DNA of 60,111 bases from Beijerinckiaceae bacterium. GTDB lineage: Bacteria; Pseudomonadota; Alphaproteobacteria; Rhizobiales; Beijerinckiaceae. Every line of letters begins with the position of its first letter. Positions within the stretch are counted from its first letter, which is position 1. Under the pieces are notes generated by a model. It had not been told where the DNA came from. It saw only the letters and a list, made by a program, of their open reading frames with translations, and did no database searches. The stretch is taken from positions 1 to 60,111 of the forward strand of contig CANMLK010000001.1 in assembly GCA_947498445.1 (NCBI GenBank), in the 5' to 3' direction. This document shows, one piece after another, positions 1-10,378 of the stretch. Both the position numbers and the translations under genes were made by a program.

Positions 1-1181
1 CCAAATCCAAATGAATTCGACAAAACCGCGCGCAGGCTGACGTTATCGCGCCGCTCACGAACGATGTTCATGTCAGCAAAGGCCGGGTCGAGTTCCTCAA
101 TGTTGGCGCTTTGGGCGACAAAGCCGTTCTGCATCATCAGGATCGAATAAATCGCCTCCTGCACGCCTGCCGCGCCCAGCGAGTGGCCGGACAGGGACTT
201 GGTGGCGGAAATGGCCGGGCACTTCTCGCCAGAGCCAAAGACCGCGCGAATGGCTTCGATTTCCTTCGCGTCGCCCACCGGCGTCGAGGTTGCGTGCGGG
301 TTGATGTAATCGATCGGCACGTTCACGCCAGACAGCGCGAGGCGCATGCAGCGGGCTGCGCCTTCTCCCGATGGCGCCACCATGTCGTGGCCATCGGACG
401 ATGCGCCGTAACCGATGATTTCGGCGTAGATCTTGCCGCCACGCGCCTTGGCGTGTTCGTATTCTTCAAGCACCAGCACGCCGGCGCCGCCGGCGATCAC
501 GAAACCGTCCCGGTTCTTGTCATAGGCGCGCGAGGAAACCTGGGGCCGGTCATTGTAGCCTGACGACATGGCGCCCATCGCGTCGAACAACACCGACAGC
601 GACCAATCCAGCTCTTCGCAGCCGCCTGCGAACATCACGTCCTGCTTGCCGTACTGGATCAGTTCCATCGAGTTGCCGATGCAATGGGACGAGGTCGCGC
701 AAGCCGAGGAGATGGAGTAGTTCCAGCCCTTGATCTTGAACCAGGTCGCCAGCGTCGCCGAAGCGGTGGAGGACATCGCCTTGGGCACCGCGAACGGGCC
801 AACCCGCTTGGGGCCCTTGGTGCGGGTAATGTCAGCGGCTTCGATCAGCGTGCGAGTCGAAGGCCCGCCCGACCCCATGATGATGCCGGTGCGCTCGTTT
901 GAAATGTCCTTGTCTTCAAGACCGCTGTCCCGGATGGCCTGATCCATTGCGACATGGTTCCATGCGGTGCCCCCGCCATGAAAACGCATGGCGCGGCGAT
1001 CCACCAGGTCTTCAGCGATGAGCGTGGGCGCACCGTGCACCTGACTGCGGAAGCCCAGTTCGGCGTATTTGTCAGCGCGCGAAATGCCGGACCGCGCCTC
1101 GCGCAGGGAGGCGAGCACTTCCTGAGTGTTATTCCCGATCGCCGAAACGATGCCGATGCCTGTGACGACGACGCGTCTCAT
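1..1181 (-). CDS. fabB: Beta-ketoacyl-ACP synthase I (3' end runs off the window)
   Basis: Not in the ORF track. Manual translation from ATG at 1181 gives [16 protein letters not shown], and the window edge reads SNSFGFG. Lies directly downstream of fabA. Confidence 0.93.
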   Translation of the reverse strand, partial: MRRVVVTGIGIVSAIGNNTQEVLASLREARSGISRADKYAELGFRSQVHGAPTLIAEDLVDRRAMRFHGGGTAWNHVAMDQAIRDSGLEDKDISNERTGIIMGSGGPSTRTLIEAADITRTKGPKRVGPFAVPKAMSSTASATLATWFKIKGWNYSISSACATSSHCIGNSMELIQYGKQDVMFAGGCEELDWSLSVLFDAMGAMSSGYNDRPQVSSRAYDKNRDGFVIAGGAGVLVLEEYEHAKARGGKIYAEIIGYGASSDGHDMVAPSGEGAARCMRLALSGVNVPIDYINPHATSTPVGDAKEIEAIRAVFGSGEKCPAISATKSLSGHSLGAAGVQEAIYSILMMQNGFVAQSANIEELDPAFADMNIVRERRDNVSLRAVLSNSFGF

Positions 1182-1223
1182 ATTGATCTCCAAATTCCTG
1201 ATGCGCGAGCGGGTTGCGGCCGA

Positions 1224-1745
1224 TCAGGCCGCAGGCGCGCCTGGCTGGAAGAGGCCGACCCGCAGGTCTTTGGCTTCATAGATGCGGCGTCCGTCCGCCT
1301 CGAGCCAGCCGTCGGCGATACCCAGCACCAGCTTGCCGCGGAACACCCGCTTGAAGTCGATGCCGTAGACGACTTTCTTGACGCTAGGCAAAACCTGATC
1401 GGTGAACTTCACCTCTCCGACGCCCAACGCGCGGCCACGGCCCGGAGAACCGAGCCAGCCAAGGTAAAAGCCAACAAGCTGCCAGAGCGCGTCAACGCCA
1501 AGGCAGCCGGGCATGACAGGGTCGCCCTTGAAATGGCAGCCGAAAAACCAGAGATCGGGGTGAATATCAAATTCAGCCCGGATCAGGCCCTTGCCGTTGG
1601 CGCCGCCGGTTTCCGCAATTTGCGTGATCCGGTCGAACATCAGCATGGGCGGGAGAGGGAGTTGGGCGTTGCCTTCGCCAAACAACTCCCCGCGCCCGCA
1701 GGCCAGCAATTCTTCGTAACTGAAACTCGAGCGTCGCTCGCTCAT
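1224..1745 (-). CDS. fabA: 3-hydroxyacyl-ACP dehydratase/isomerase FabA
   Basis: [12 protein letters not shown] and [14 protein letters not shown] motifs; 173 aa. Confidence 0.96.
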   Translation of the reverse strand: MSERRSSFSYEELLACGRGELFGEGNAQLPLPPMLMFDRITQIAETGGANGKGLIRAEFDIHPDLWFFGCHFKGDPVMPGCLGVDALWQLVGFYLGWLGSPGRGRALGVGEVKFTDQVLPSVKKVVYGIDFKRVFRGKLVLGIADGWLEADGRRIYEAKDLRVGLFQPGAPAA

Positions 1746-1861
1746 TCGTCAGGTCGCCTTCCAGAAAGACTTACGCCGGGATGCCCGACTGTTTGGAAAC
1801 GCGACTTCCTAACACAGGGCGCGCGAGCCCGGAAGCGCCGATGGACGCTCCGGTCCGGCGC

Positions 1862-2398
1862 CTAGTCGATCTTTTCGTCGGGATAGACGCCCCAGAGGAG
1901 TTTCTGCTCGACGAAACCGTCGAAACCTTTTCCGAAAACGCGACAGGTCAGATTACCGCAACGCCTGACGCTGACCACGACGCCCGACTCCAGCTTGGCT
2001 ACAATTGGCGAGGCGGTGTCCGCCTCGTCCCGCAGCTCATGGGTCGCCCCCTTGCGCCAGGGGGCCACGATCGCGCTTCGCTTGCCTGAAAGAAGCGAGT
2101 GCAGCACCCAGCCCTCGGTCCCCTCGGCATCGCGGATGCGCCGCCAATTGTCGAATTCGGCGACGATTTCCACCGGCAATCCGGCGCGCTGGAAAACCCA
2201 GGCCGTGCGATGTTCCTTGGAGGGGCCTTCGCGCAGGTTTACGCGGTCCGACTTCAAGCTGACGTAGCGGGGGACCGGCAAGCCGCTCACCGTACCTTTC
2301 GGAGCGGCTGATACGTCTGAAGTCCCGGCTCCCACGCCAGCGAGAAGCGCGCAAGCAAGGAAGATGCGTCCTGCCCGGCAAGCTGTCGAAAACCGCAT
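1862..2398 (-). CDS. Secreted bacterial SH3-domain protein (tandem SH3_4 type)
   Basis: Signal peptide; SGLPVPRYVSLK..VNLREGP and WRRIRDAEGTEGWV motifs. Confidence 0.88.
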   Translation of the reverse strand: MRFSTACRAGRIFLACALLAGVGAGTSDVSAAPKGTVSGLPVPRYVSLKSDRVNLREGPSKEHRTAWVFQRAGLPVEIVAEFDNWRRIRDAEGTEGWVLHSLLSGKRSAIVAPWRKGATHELRDEADTASPIVAKLESGVVVSVRRCGNLTCRVFGKGFDGFVEQKLLWGVYPDEKID

Positions 2399-2614
2399 CT
2401 TTTCTTATTCCCCATTAGGTGCATGTCGGGCCAGGAAGTCTTGCGTCCGGGCCCGATTGTGTCTTACTGCGGCAAAGTCTGTGCCTCAGGCGCTGCCGCG
2501 CGCTCTATGCGCACTGTGTCGGCGCCAGGGTTAAGGCCCAGTGAACGAGGCGGTTTTCGCGCCGGGCGCAGCTCCGGCTCGAACAAGGGAAACTGGACGC
2601 AAGGAAACTGGACG

Positions 2615-3610
2615 ATGCTGCGCAAGAAGCCGTTGGTCATCGTGACCCGCAAGCTCCCCGATATGGTCGAGACGCGGATGCGCGAATTGTTCGACGCCCG
2701 CCTGAACGAATCCGACAAGCCAATGTCGCAGGCCGAATTGGCGCAGGCGCTGCGCATTGCCGACGTCCTCGTGCCGACTGTGACCGACCGCATCGACGCG
2801 CCGCTGATCGAGCAAGCCGGCGAGCAGATGAAGCTGATCGCCAATTTCGGCAACGGCGTCGACAATATCGACGTTGTGGCGGCCTTGAAGCGCGGACTCA
2901 CCGTCACCAACACGCCCGGCGTGCTGACCGATGATACAGCCGACATGACAATGGCGCTGATCCTTGCTGTCGCCCGTCGCATCGTCGAGGGCGCCAACGC
3001 AGTCACCGCCAACAATTGGACCGGCTGGTCGCCAACCTGGATGCTGGGCGGACGCATCACCGGCAAGCGCCTTGGCATTGTCGGCATGGGGCGCATCGGT
3101 CAGGCGGTCGCGCGCCGCGCCAAGGCGTTCGGATTGTCCATTCACTATCACAACCGCCGCCGGGTTCACTCGGCCATCGAGGACGAGCTTGAAACGACCT
3201 ATTGGGAATCGCTCGACCAGATGCTGGCGCGCATGGACATTGTGTCCGTCAATTGCCCGCACACGCCCGCGACCTATCACCTGCTCTCGGCCCGCCGCCT
3301 GAAACTGCTGCGTCCCAGCGCGATTCTCGTCAACACAGCGCGTGGCGAGATCATCGACGAGGCGGCGCTCATCCGCATGCTTGAGGCCGGTGAAATCGCC
3401 GGGGCGGGGCTCGACGTATTTGAACACGAGCCTGCCGTCTCGACCAAGCTCATGCGTCTCGCCAAGGCGGGAAAGGTGACGCTTTTGCCCCACATGGGCT
3501 CCGCCACCGTCGAGGGCCGCGTCGATATGGGCGAGAAGGTGATCGTCAACATCCGCGCCTTCATGGACGGGCACCGGCCGCCGGACCGCGTCTTGCCGAA
3601 CATGCTTTAA
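2615..3610 (+). CDS. gyaR: D-glycerate dehydrogenase/glyoxylate reductase (D-2-hydroxyacid dehydrogenase family)
   Basis: GIVGMGRIG, NTARG, LDVFEHEP and LPHMGS motifs. Start moved to ATG 2615 after an AAGGA RBS. Confidence 0.88.
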   Translation: MLRKKPLVIVTRKLPDMVETRMRELFDARLNESDKPMSQAELAQALRIADVLVPTVTDRIDAPLIEQAGEQMKLIANFGNGVDNIDVVAALKRGLTVTNTPGVLTDDTADMTMALILAVARRIVEGANAVTANNWTGWSPTWMLGGRITGKRLGIVGMGRIGQAVARRAKAFGLSIHYHNRRRVHSAIEDELETTYWESLDQMLARMDIVSVNCPHTPATYHLLSARRLKLLRPSAILVNTARGEIIDEAALIRMLEAGEIAGAGLDVFEHEPAVSTKLMRLAKAGKVTLLPHMGSATVEGRVDMGEKVIVNIRAFMDGHRPPDRVLPNML

Positions 3611-3626
3611 GGCAGGCGAATTCGCT

Positions 3627-4097
3627 TCAGGCGGCTGTCTTCTCCGCGCCCTTCTCTGCGCCAAAAGCGCGGATGATGTCGCCAAGGCCGGTGTCGTCCA
3701 CAAGGTCCGCTGCTTCTCTCCAGGCGCACCAGCGCGTTTTGCGTGCGGCCTTTTCCGGCCAGCTGCGGCTGCGGGATTTAACTTCCATCGGAAACACTTC
3801 GACGAGGCAGCGCCACACAGCGCCATTGCGCTTGCGTTTGTTGTAGTGGAACGAGCCGGCGGGCTCTGATGCGATCTCGCCCCTGACGCCGGCTTCCTCG
3901 TAAGCCTCGCGCCGGGCGGCTTCGAAATTCGAGCATCCTTTCATGGGCCAGCCTTTCGGCACGATCCATCGACCGGTGTCCAGCGAAGACACGAGCAGAA
4001 CCTCCAGCCCCTTCTCCTGCCGATAAGGCAGGGCGGCGGCTTGCAGGCGCGCGCTGTCGGGCAGGATCTGTTTGGTTTCCGACTTGAACTTCTTCAT
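3627..4097 (-). CDS. NUDIX hydrolase
   Basis: Nudix box PKGW...AARREAYEEAG. Confidence 0.9.
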   Translation of the reverse strand: MKKFKSETKQILPDSARLQAAALPYRQEKGLEVLLVSSLDTGRWIVPKGWPMKGCSNFEAARREAYEEAGVRGEIASEPAGSFHYNKRKRNGAVWRCLVEVFPMEVKSRSRSWPEKAARKTRWCAWREAADLVDDTGLGDIIRAFGAEKGAEKTAA

Positions 4098-4254
4098 CTT
4101 TGATTCGGACCCGGGGCCTCAATTGTGTATCCGCCGGCTCCCCTTGTGCAAGCAAGCATGTATGCAAGACGCATCTGCGTATTGCTGCGCCGTATTGCGC
4201 ACCCTCAAGCAACATGTAATGACCAATTTTGATTAATTTTAAGAAAAGTTCAGC

Positions 4255-5256
4255 ATGAATCGAGAGGAAACGCGGGGCGCACCTCAGTCGCGTATCCCGG
4301 CGAGCTTGCCCGGCCTGGCGCTCTGCGCCGCCATATCGGTCGCCGCATACGGATTGAGCCGCACCCAGAGCTATTTCCCGATCTCACCCATGATGTTCGC
4401 GATTGTGATCGCCATCGGATTTGGGGCCACATTCGGCGCGCCCGAATGGGCGAAAGCGGGGCAAACCTTCACGTTGAAGCGCCTGCTGCGCCTCGCCATC
4501 GTGTTGCTTGGCTTTCAGCTCACCGCTGCTGACGTGGGCGTCCTCGGCGTCAAGGCTGTGGTCGTCATTCTTGGCGCGCTGGTGCTGACGTTTTTCTTCA
4601 CCCGCTGGTTCGGAACGCTGATCGGCGTTGATCGCGGCTTGTCCGAACTCATCGGTTCGGGCACCGCAATCTGCGGCGCTTCAGCCATCGTCGCGACGAA
4701 TTCGGTGACCCGCGCGCCGCAGGAAGATGTCGTCTATTCGCTCGCCACGATCACGTTCTTCGGCACGCTGGCGATGTTCATTCTGCCCGCGCTCTACGGT
4801 CCGCTTGGGCTCACGGCGGTGGAATACGGCCTGTGGGCGGGAGGCTCGATCCATGAGGTTGCGCAGGTCGTGGCCGCCGGGTTTATCGCGGGCCAGCACG
4901 AAGGCGAGACCGCGATGATCGCCAAACTGGTGCGCGTCGCGGCGATGGCGCCGATGATCCTGTGGCTCGGAGCCGCGCGCCCCAGGGGCGATGGCCCGGC
5001 GCCGCCTATTCCGTGGTTTGTGGTCGGTTTTGCCGCCGTCATTCTGCTGAACAGCGTCATCGATCCGCCGCTCTGGTTTCGGCAATGGGCGCAATTTGTG
5101 ACCATCTTTCTGCTCACCATGGCGCTGGCCGCGCTGGGGCTTGGCGCAGACCTGCGCAAACTGCGCATGAAGGGGCCGCGCCCTCTGGCGGTGGGCGCCG
5201 TCGCGACGCTGTTTGTCACGCTGACGATGCTGGGCGGAATCTGGCTGATCCGCTGA
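4255..5256 (+). CDS. YeiH-family (UPF0324, putative sulfate exporter) membrane protein
   Basis: Multi-TM protein; GTAICGASAI, SIHEVAQVVAAG and KLVRV motifs. Confidence 0.88.
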   Translation: MNREETRGAPQSRIPASLPGLALCAAISVAAYGLSRTQSYFPISPMMFAIVIAIGFGATFGAPEWAKAGQTFTLKRLLRLAIVLLGFQLTAADVGVLGVKAVVVILGALVLTFFFTRWFGTLIGVDRGLSELIGSGTAICGASAIVATNSVTRAPQEDVVYSLATITFFGTLAMFILPALYGPLGLTAVEYGLWAGGSIHEVAQVVAAGFIAGQHEGETAMIAKLVRVAAMAPMILWLGAARPRGDGPAPPIPWFVVGFAAVILLNSVIDPPLWFRQWAQFVTIFLLTMALAALGLGADLRKLRMKGPRPLAVGAVATLFVTLTMLGGIWLIR

Positions 5257-5338
5257 CGCGATGCCTCTCGGCACTTGCCTATCGGGCGTTTCTGCGTAAC
5301 GTCCGCCGCGAATTTGAAAAGGGAAGGGGACGGACCCG

Positions 5339-6124
5339 ATGTTCGCCACAACGCGCGACGGCACAAAGATTTTCTACGAACTTTCCGGCCAGCCGGGCTC
5401 CACCCGCCGCGTCGCGCTTTTGCATTCGCTGGCGATGGACCACACGTTCTGGGCGCCCATCGCAGAGCGACTCAAGGGCGAAGCGGCGATCCTGACCATT
5501 GATTGTCGCGGCCACGGCAAGTCCGACAAGCCCGCCGGGCCTTACACGGTTGAATTGTTCGCCGACGATCTTGCCGACGTGTTCGACCACATCGGCTGGG
5601 ACAAGGCGGTGGTCTCCGGCGCCTCCATGGGCGGCTGCGTGTCGCTCGCCTTTGCGACGCGTTTCCCGCAGCGCGTGACGGGCCTTGGCCTGTTCGACAC
5701 AACAGCGTGCTACGGCGCGCCCGCGCCCTGGGAAGAGCGCGCGCAGAAGGCGCTCGCCGAAGGGCTCGCCAGCCTCACGACCTTCCAGCAGACGCGCTGG
5801 TTCTCGGACAAGTTCCGCGCGGAGAATCCCGCCGTTGTGCAAGCGGCGGTCGACGTGTTTCTGACCAACGAATTGCCGCCCTATGCGGAAACCTGCCGCA
5901 TGCTTGGCTCCGCAGACCTGCGCGCCGCGCTGCCCTCCATCAAGGTTCCCGCGCGCATTATCGTGGGCTCTGAAGATTACGCCACGCCCGTCGACATGGC
6001 GCAGACGATGCATGAAGGCATTGCCGGCTCGACGATGGAAATCATCGAAGGCGCGCGGCATCTCTCGCCGCTGGAGATTCCAGACAAGATCGCGGACGAG
6101 CTGCGCGTGCTGCTGCGTAAGTGA
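5339..6124 (+). CDS. Alpha/beta hydrolase, 3-oxoadipate enol-lactonase (PcaD)-like
   Basis: DCRGHGKS, GASMGG nucleophile elbow, RWFS and C-terminal ARHL. Confidence 0.8.
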   Translation: MFATTRDGTKIFYELSGQPGSTRRVALLHSLAMDHTFWAPIAERLKGEAAILTIDCRGHGKSDKPAGPYTVELFADDLADVFDHIGWDKAVVSGASMGGCVSLAFATRFPQRVTGLGLFDTTACYGAPAPWEERAQKALAEGLASLTTFQQTRWFSDKFRAENPAVVQAAVDVFLTNELPPYAETCRMLGSADLRAALPSIKVPARIIVGSEDYATPVDMAQTMHEGIAGSTMEIIEGARHLSPLEIPDKIADELRVLLRK

Positions 6125-6150
6125 GGCAATGGAGAAGGGTGTGGGGCGCG

Positions 6151-6304
6151 ACCCCTCATCCGACCCGCCTTCGGCGGGCCACCTTCACCCGCAAGGGGAG
6201 AAGGATTTGTGTGCACTGTTTCAGCTTGAATCAACCATCATTAGCATCCCTTCTCCCCTTGCAGGAGAAGCTGGCCTCCGCAAAGCGGAGGTCCGATGAG
6301 GGGT
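6151..6304. repeat. REPIN/RIME-like intergenic palindromic element, copy 1 (two inverted units of about 55 bp)
   Basis: ACCCCTCATCCG-hairpin-CCACCTTCACCCGCAAGGGGAGAAGG, a spacer, then the inverse unit ending CGATGAGGGGT. Lies between convergent genes; second copy at 33624. Confidence 0.85.
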
Positions 6305-6341
6305 AACTAATATGGCGCTTGCGATGAGCGTCGCTTAAAGC

Positions 6342-7208
6342 TCACGCCGGAAAATACGTATCCAGCCAATCAAACACAACGCCGCGCACGCGCGTGTTTG
6401 TCTCGGCAAACATGAAGTGATCCGTCTCCGCAAAGAGATGCAGATCGCACGGCTGCCCAGCGCGCGCGAACATGCCGAGCGATTGCTCCGTCGGCGTCAC
6501 GGAATCGACCGACGAGTGCAACAGTAACAGCGGGCGCGGCGCCATCTGCGCGACGACTTCCTCCGCCTTGAAATCGAACATGCTTTGCGCAGTTTCCGCC
6601 GGGAACATCTGGATCGAGCCCGGCGCCACATGGCCGCGCAGCGCCTCGGGGATCGGCACGATCTCGTAGCGCGGCACCATCAGCGACTCGCCAGTCTTCT
6701 CGCGGTGGCGCTTGCCCTCTGCGAGCATCGCGGTGAACTTCGCCCATTGCTCCGCGCCCGGATGCTGGCCCTGAAACTTGCGTTCGCCATTGCCCCAACC
6801 GCCCGAAGACACGACCGCTCCGACGCGCTTGTCGATGGAGCCAGTGTAAACAGCCACAGCGGCGCCAAAGCTTGAGCCCAGAAGCGCAATGCGATCCGGA
6901 TACACTTCCCCGCGCGTTTGCAGAAAGCTGATGGCGCTTTGCGTGTCGGCCACCTGCTCAAGGCAGATGACGCGGCCCTCCTCGCCTTCGCTGTCCCCGC
7001 AGCCGCGCATGTCAAAGCCAAGCGTCACGTAACCGCGTCTGGAGAGCATGTCGCAGGGGATTTTGACATTGCCGGAATTCTTGTTGCTGCCAAACCCGTG
7101 CAGCACGATGACGGCCGGGCGCCGCTCGCCCGCCTTGTAATCATCCGGCAGCGTAAGGCGGCCCGACAGGGTGAGCCCTTCGGAATCGAACGTGATATTT
7201 TCCTGCAT
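6342..7208 (-). CDS. Alpha/beta hydrolase (peptidase S9/S15, hydrolase_4-like)
   Basis: LHGFG oxyanion motif, FDMRGCGDSEG, GSSFG nucleophile and TDHF. Confidence 0.82.
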   Translation of the reverse strand: MQENITFDSEGLTLSGRLTLPDDYKAGERRPAVIVLHGFGSNKNSGNVKIPCDMLSRRGYVTLGFDMRGCGDSEGEEGRVICLEQVADTQSAISFLQTRGEVYPDRIALLGSSFGAAVAVYTGSIDKRVGAVVSSGGWGNGERKFQGQHPGAEQWAKFTAMLAEGKRHREKTGESLMVPRYEIVPIPEALRGHVAPGSIQMFPAETAQSMFDFKAEEVVAQMAPRPLLLLHSSVDSVTPTEQSLGMFARAGQPCDLHLFAETDHFMFAETNTRVRGVVFDWLDTYFPA

Positions 7209-7232
7209 CGGGCGCTCCGTTGGCTGCTAGAA

Positions 7233-8234
7233 TTATTTTACGAGATCGAGAACCTCGGAAGGCGTCTCAGCGATTTGCTTTGTGATTTGTGCGAGTACAT
7301 CGCCGCTGATCGGCTCGATGGTGATGCGCAGCTTCTTGGCCTCGGCCAGAAAATTCGCATCTTTCATCGTGGCCTCAAATGCGGCGCGCATCATCTTCGC
7401 GCGGTCGGCAGGCACGCCCGGCGGCAGCATCACGCTCCGGCCGTAATCGGACTCTGCCGATAAAAATTCCGCCGCCCGCTTGTGCAGCGGGTCGGTCATC
7501 AGTTCGGCGAGCGTCGGCACATTTGGCTGCGAGGGTTCGCGCGTGATTGCGGCGAACACGATCGGCTTGATCTTGCCGTCGATGATTTCCTGCGGCATCG
7601 CCAGTTGCACCGACAGCCACGAGGCGCCGCGGCCCTGAATCTCGCCGCGCTGCATGGCGAGGTTGAGATCGGCCGCGCCCTTGTAGCCCATAACCATCTT
7701 GAATTTTGTGCCGAGAAACTTGTTCATCGTATCGGGCACGATGAACGTTGGCGAGGCCTTGCCCGTCGCGCCAATGATGACCTCGGTCTTCTTAGCTTCC
7801 TCGATCGTCTGCGCGGGCGCGGTGCTCCACAAAGCCAGCATGTTGCGGATGGCGGCCATGTTGCCGAGCCAATACCATTCGCGCGCATCGTATTTCGCGA
7901 ACTGCGGCTGCAAGACCTGATTGAGCACGATGGTCTGCTGCAGCATGCCCATCGTCATGCCGTCGCGCGCAGCGGTATTGTGCAACTGGATCGCCGATTG
8001 AATGCCGCCGCCCTGACCGCCGCCAAACCGCACAACAATATGCGGACGACCGGGAATGTGATTGGGCATGTGCGAGGCGAGCGCGCGCGCGTAGGGGTCG
8101 AAACTGCCGCCGGGATCGGACCCGATGATGAAGGAAACCTCCTTGTCCTTGTAGACCGACGCGAGATCTTGCGCCTGCGCCATGGCGGGCAAAAGCGATA
8201 AGGCGGCGATACCCAGACCATAAAAAGTGCGCAT
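7233..8234 (-). CDS. Tripartite tricarboxylate transporter substrate-binding protein (TctC/Bug family)
   Basis: Signal peptide; PGGSFDPYAR, GYKG..LAMQRGEIQG and PPGVP motifs. Start moved to ATG 8234 after a GGAGG RBS. Confidence 0.88.
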   Translation of the reverse strand: MRTFYGLGIAALSLLPAMAQAQDLASVYKDKEVSFIIGSDPGGSFDPYARALASHMPNHIPGRPHIVVRFGGGQGGGIQSAIQLHNTAARDGMTMGMLQQTIVLNQVLQPQFAKYDAREWYWLGNMAAIRNMLALWSTAPAQTIEEAKKTEVIIGATGKASPTFIVPDTMNKFLGTKFKMVMGYKGAADLNLAMQRGEIQGRGASWLSVQLAMPQEIIDGKIKPIVFAAITREPSQPNVPTLAELMTDPLHKRAAEFLSAESDYGRSVMLPPGVPADRAKMMRAAFEATMKDANFLAEAKKLRITIEPISGDVLAQITKQIAETPSEVLDLVK

Positions 8235-8248
8235 GGTTTCCCTCCGAG

Positions 8249-9310
8249 TCAGATCGTGAACGATGGCGGCTGCACGCCGCACGTGTCGGCAAGCTCAATT
8301 AACTGGGCGCGCAGTCGCGGCGAAATGGGCACGCCGTCGCGTGCCCTTGCGCGCGCTTCGCTTTCGGAGCGCTCGCCCGGCAGGCGGATGGCCTGACTTT
8401 CATCGCTGCGCGGCAGCCCCTTGATGACATTGGCGAGCGCTGCGATGTCGCTCTCGTATTTATCCAGCGCGCGAAATTTCGCCGCATCGATGGCGATGAA
8501 CATCTGGCTCTGCATGTGAAATGATTTCTTGCCCGGCCCCAGCATATTTGCGAGCAGCGGCGCGCCTGCGAGCACGCTCGTCACACATTCAAACATCAGC
8601 CCAAGGCCCGCGCCCTTTGGGCCCCCGATAGGCAGAGAAATGGCGGCCTCTTCCGGGTCAATTGTCGGCGCGCCTTGGGCGTCGAGCGCCCAGCCGAGCG
8701 GGATCGGTTTCTGCTCGCGCCGCGCCTGCTTCAACTTGCCGTTGGAGGCGACCGACGTCGCCATGTCGAGCACGATGGCGCCATCAGGGCCGCCCGGCAC
8801 GCCGATGGAAAGAGGACTAGTGGACAGGCTGGCGGCGCGCGCGCCGTGATAGGCCATCAGCGGCGGGCCAGAGCCCATCACCATCGCGACAAAACCTTGC
8901 CGGGCCGCCCGCTGCACATAATAGCCAACAGCGCCGGTGTGCGCGGAGCGGCAGACGACGCCCGTCGCCACGCCGAATATGCGCGCCCGGCACATCGCTT
9001 CATCGGCAGCCATGATCATCGGCACAGGCCCCGCCGCGCGATCCGCGTCAATGCGAAACAGCGCTGGCGCCACATCATCAAGACGCGGCGCCGCAATGGG
9101 GTTCATTTGGCCCCGTTCGATCAAGGACAGATAAGAAGGCAGCCGCTCCACGCCGTGCGAATCGACGCCGCGAAGGTCGGCCCAGACGAGGACGTCCGCC
9201 ACCTGCGCGGCATGCTCCGCCGCCATGCCGTGAGACGTGAAAAGGCGAGCTGCAAAAGCGGCGAGCTCCTGCGCGTCGATTGTGCTGCCTTCGGAGCCCG
9301 CCTTTGTCAT
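8249..9310 (-). CDS. Ldh_2-family oxidoreductase (AllD/ComC/malate-lactate dehydrogenase type 2)
   Basis: ADLRGVDSHG, LDMATS, GGPKGAGL and RLPGE motifs. Confidence 0.88.
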   Translation of the reverse strand: MTKAGSEGSTIDAQELAAFAARLFTSHGMAAEHAAQVADVLVWADLRGVDSHGVERLPSYLSLIERGQMNPIAAPRLDDVAPALFRIDADRAAGPVPMIMAADEAMCRARIFGVATGVVCRSAHTGAVGYYVQRAARQGFVAMVMGSGPPLMAYHGARAASLSTSPLSIGVPGGPDGAIVLDMATSVASNGKLKQARREQKPIPLGWALDAQGAPTIDPEEAAISLPIGGPKGAGLGLMFECVTSVLAGAPLLANMLGPGKKSFHMQSQMFIAIDAAKFRALDKYESDIAALANVIKGLPRSDESQAIRLPGERSESEARARARDGVPISPRLRAQLIELADTCGVQPPSFTI

Positions 9311-9323
9311 GCGTTCAGATCTC

Positions 9324-10364
9324 TCAGCGCCCGAGGGCTTTTTTCACCCGCTCGACAGTGTCCGCCGGAGTCTCGAACATGCGTGCGACGAACTTTTCGA
9401 CTTCCTCACCCGCGAGTGGATGAACGTCGATGTTCATCTTGTCAGCCTCGGCGAGAAGCTCGGCATCCTTCATCGTCGCATCGAACGCGCGGCGCATTTC
9501 AGCGAGCCGTTCGGCGGGAATTTCCGGCGGCGCGATAACGGGACGCGCAAACGAGTTCTGGCTGTAGAACATCTCCAGCGCCCGCCGATCAGTCTCGTTC
9601 TTGGCCTGATCGAGCATCAGCGGAACTTTCAGCTGATTGAGCTGCGGATGGCCTTTCAGATCTTCTTGCGCAAACACGCGCGCGAAGAGGTCGGTCTTTA
9701 AAATGTCAGGGAATTGCACCTTCACGGTGGACCAGCCGAGCCCGCAAATGCCCTGCACTTCGTTGCGCTCCATCGCGAGCGTGACTTCGCGCGAGCCCTT
9801 GTATCCGGCCACGATCTTCAACTTGCCGCCCAGAAGGCCATTGGCGATCGTGGGGAAGTCGAAGGTTGTGCTGCCGGGCGCCGTTGCGCCGATGATCACG
9901 TCGCTAGCGATGAGTTCAGCCGGCGTCTTCGGCCCCGCGTCGCGCCGCAGCAGGCATACGAGCACTTCAGAATGCGCGTTGCCGACATAGCGGAACTTCG
10001 CCGGATCGTACGTGCGGCGCAGGCTTTCGCTGAGCAAGGGATCAACGATCACGCTGGGAAACACCACGCCCACAAACGTGCCGTCCTTGGGGGCGCGCGC
10101 ATAGACATGGCTCGCCACGACGCCGCCGCCGGCCCCCGGCATGTTTGATGCGATGACCTGCGGGTTGCCCGCCAGATGCTTGCCAAAATGGCGCGCCACC
10201 AGACGTCCGTAGGTGTCGAGACCGCCGCCGGTGGATGAGCCGATCGCGATGGTAACCTGCTTGTCTTTGAAGAACGGCTGCGCGCTTTGTGCGGAGGCGC
10301 TCACCGCGAAAATGCTGGCCAGCGCGGCGCCTGCCAGCGTCGGCAAAATAATGTGCTTTGTCAT
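9324..10364 (-). CDS. TctC/Bug-family substrate-binding protein
   Basis: Signal peptide; GGGLDTYGR, NMPGAGG, APKDG and LAMERNEVQG motifs. Confidence 0.9.
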   Translation of the reverse strand: MTKHIILPTLAGAALASIFAVSASAQSAQPFFKDKQVTIAIGSSTGGGLDTYGRLVARHFGKHLAGNPQVIASNMPGAGGGVVASHVYARAPKDGTFVGVVFPSVIVDPLLSESLRRTYDPAKFRYVGNAHSEVLVCLLRRDAGPKTPAELIASDVIIGATAPGSTTFDFPTIANGLLGGKLKIVAGYKGSREVTLAMERNEVQGICGLGWSTVKVQFPDILKTDLFARVFAQEDLKGHPQLNQLKVPLMLDQAKNETDRRALEMFYSQNSFARPVIAPPEIPAERLAEMRRAFDATMKDAELLAEADKMNIDVHPLAGEEVEKFVARMFETPADTVERVKKALGR

Positions 10365-10378
10365 GTCAGTTCCGCCCT

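Noticed and set aside
4231-4245. CtrA box upstream of yeiH
   Set aside because: The two TTAA half-sites are 2 nt apart, not 7.
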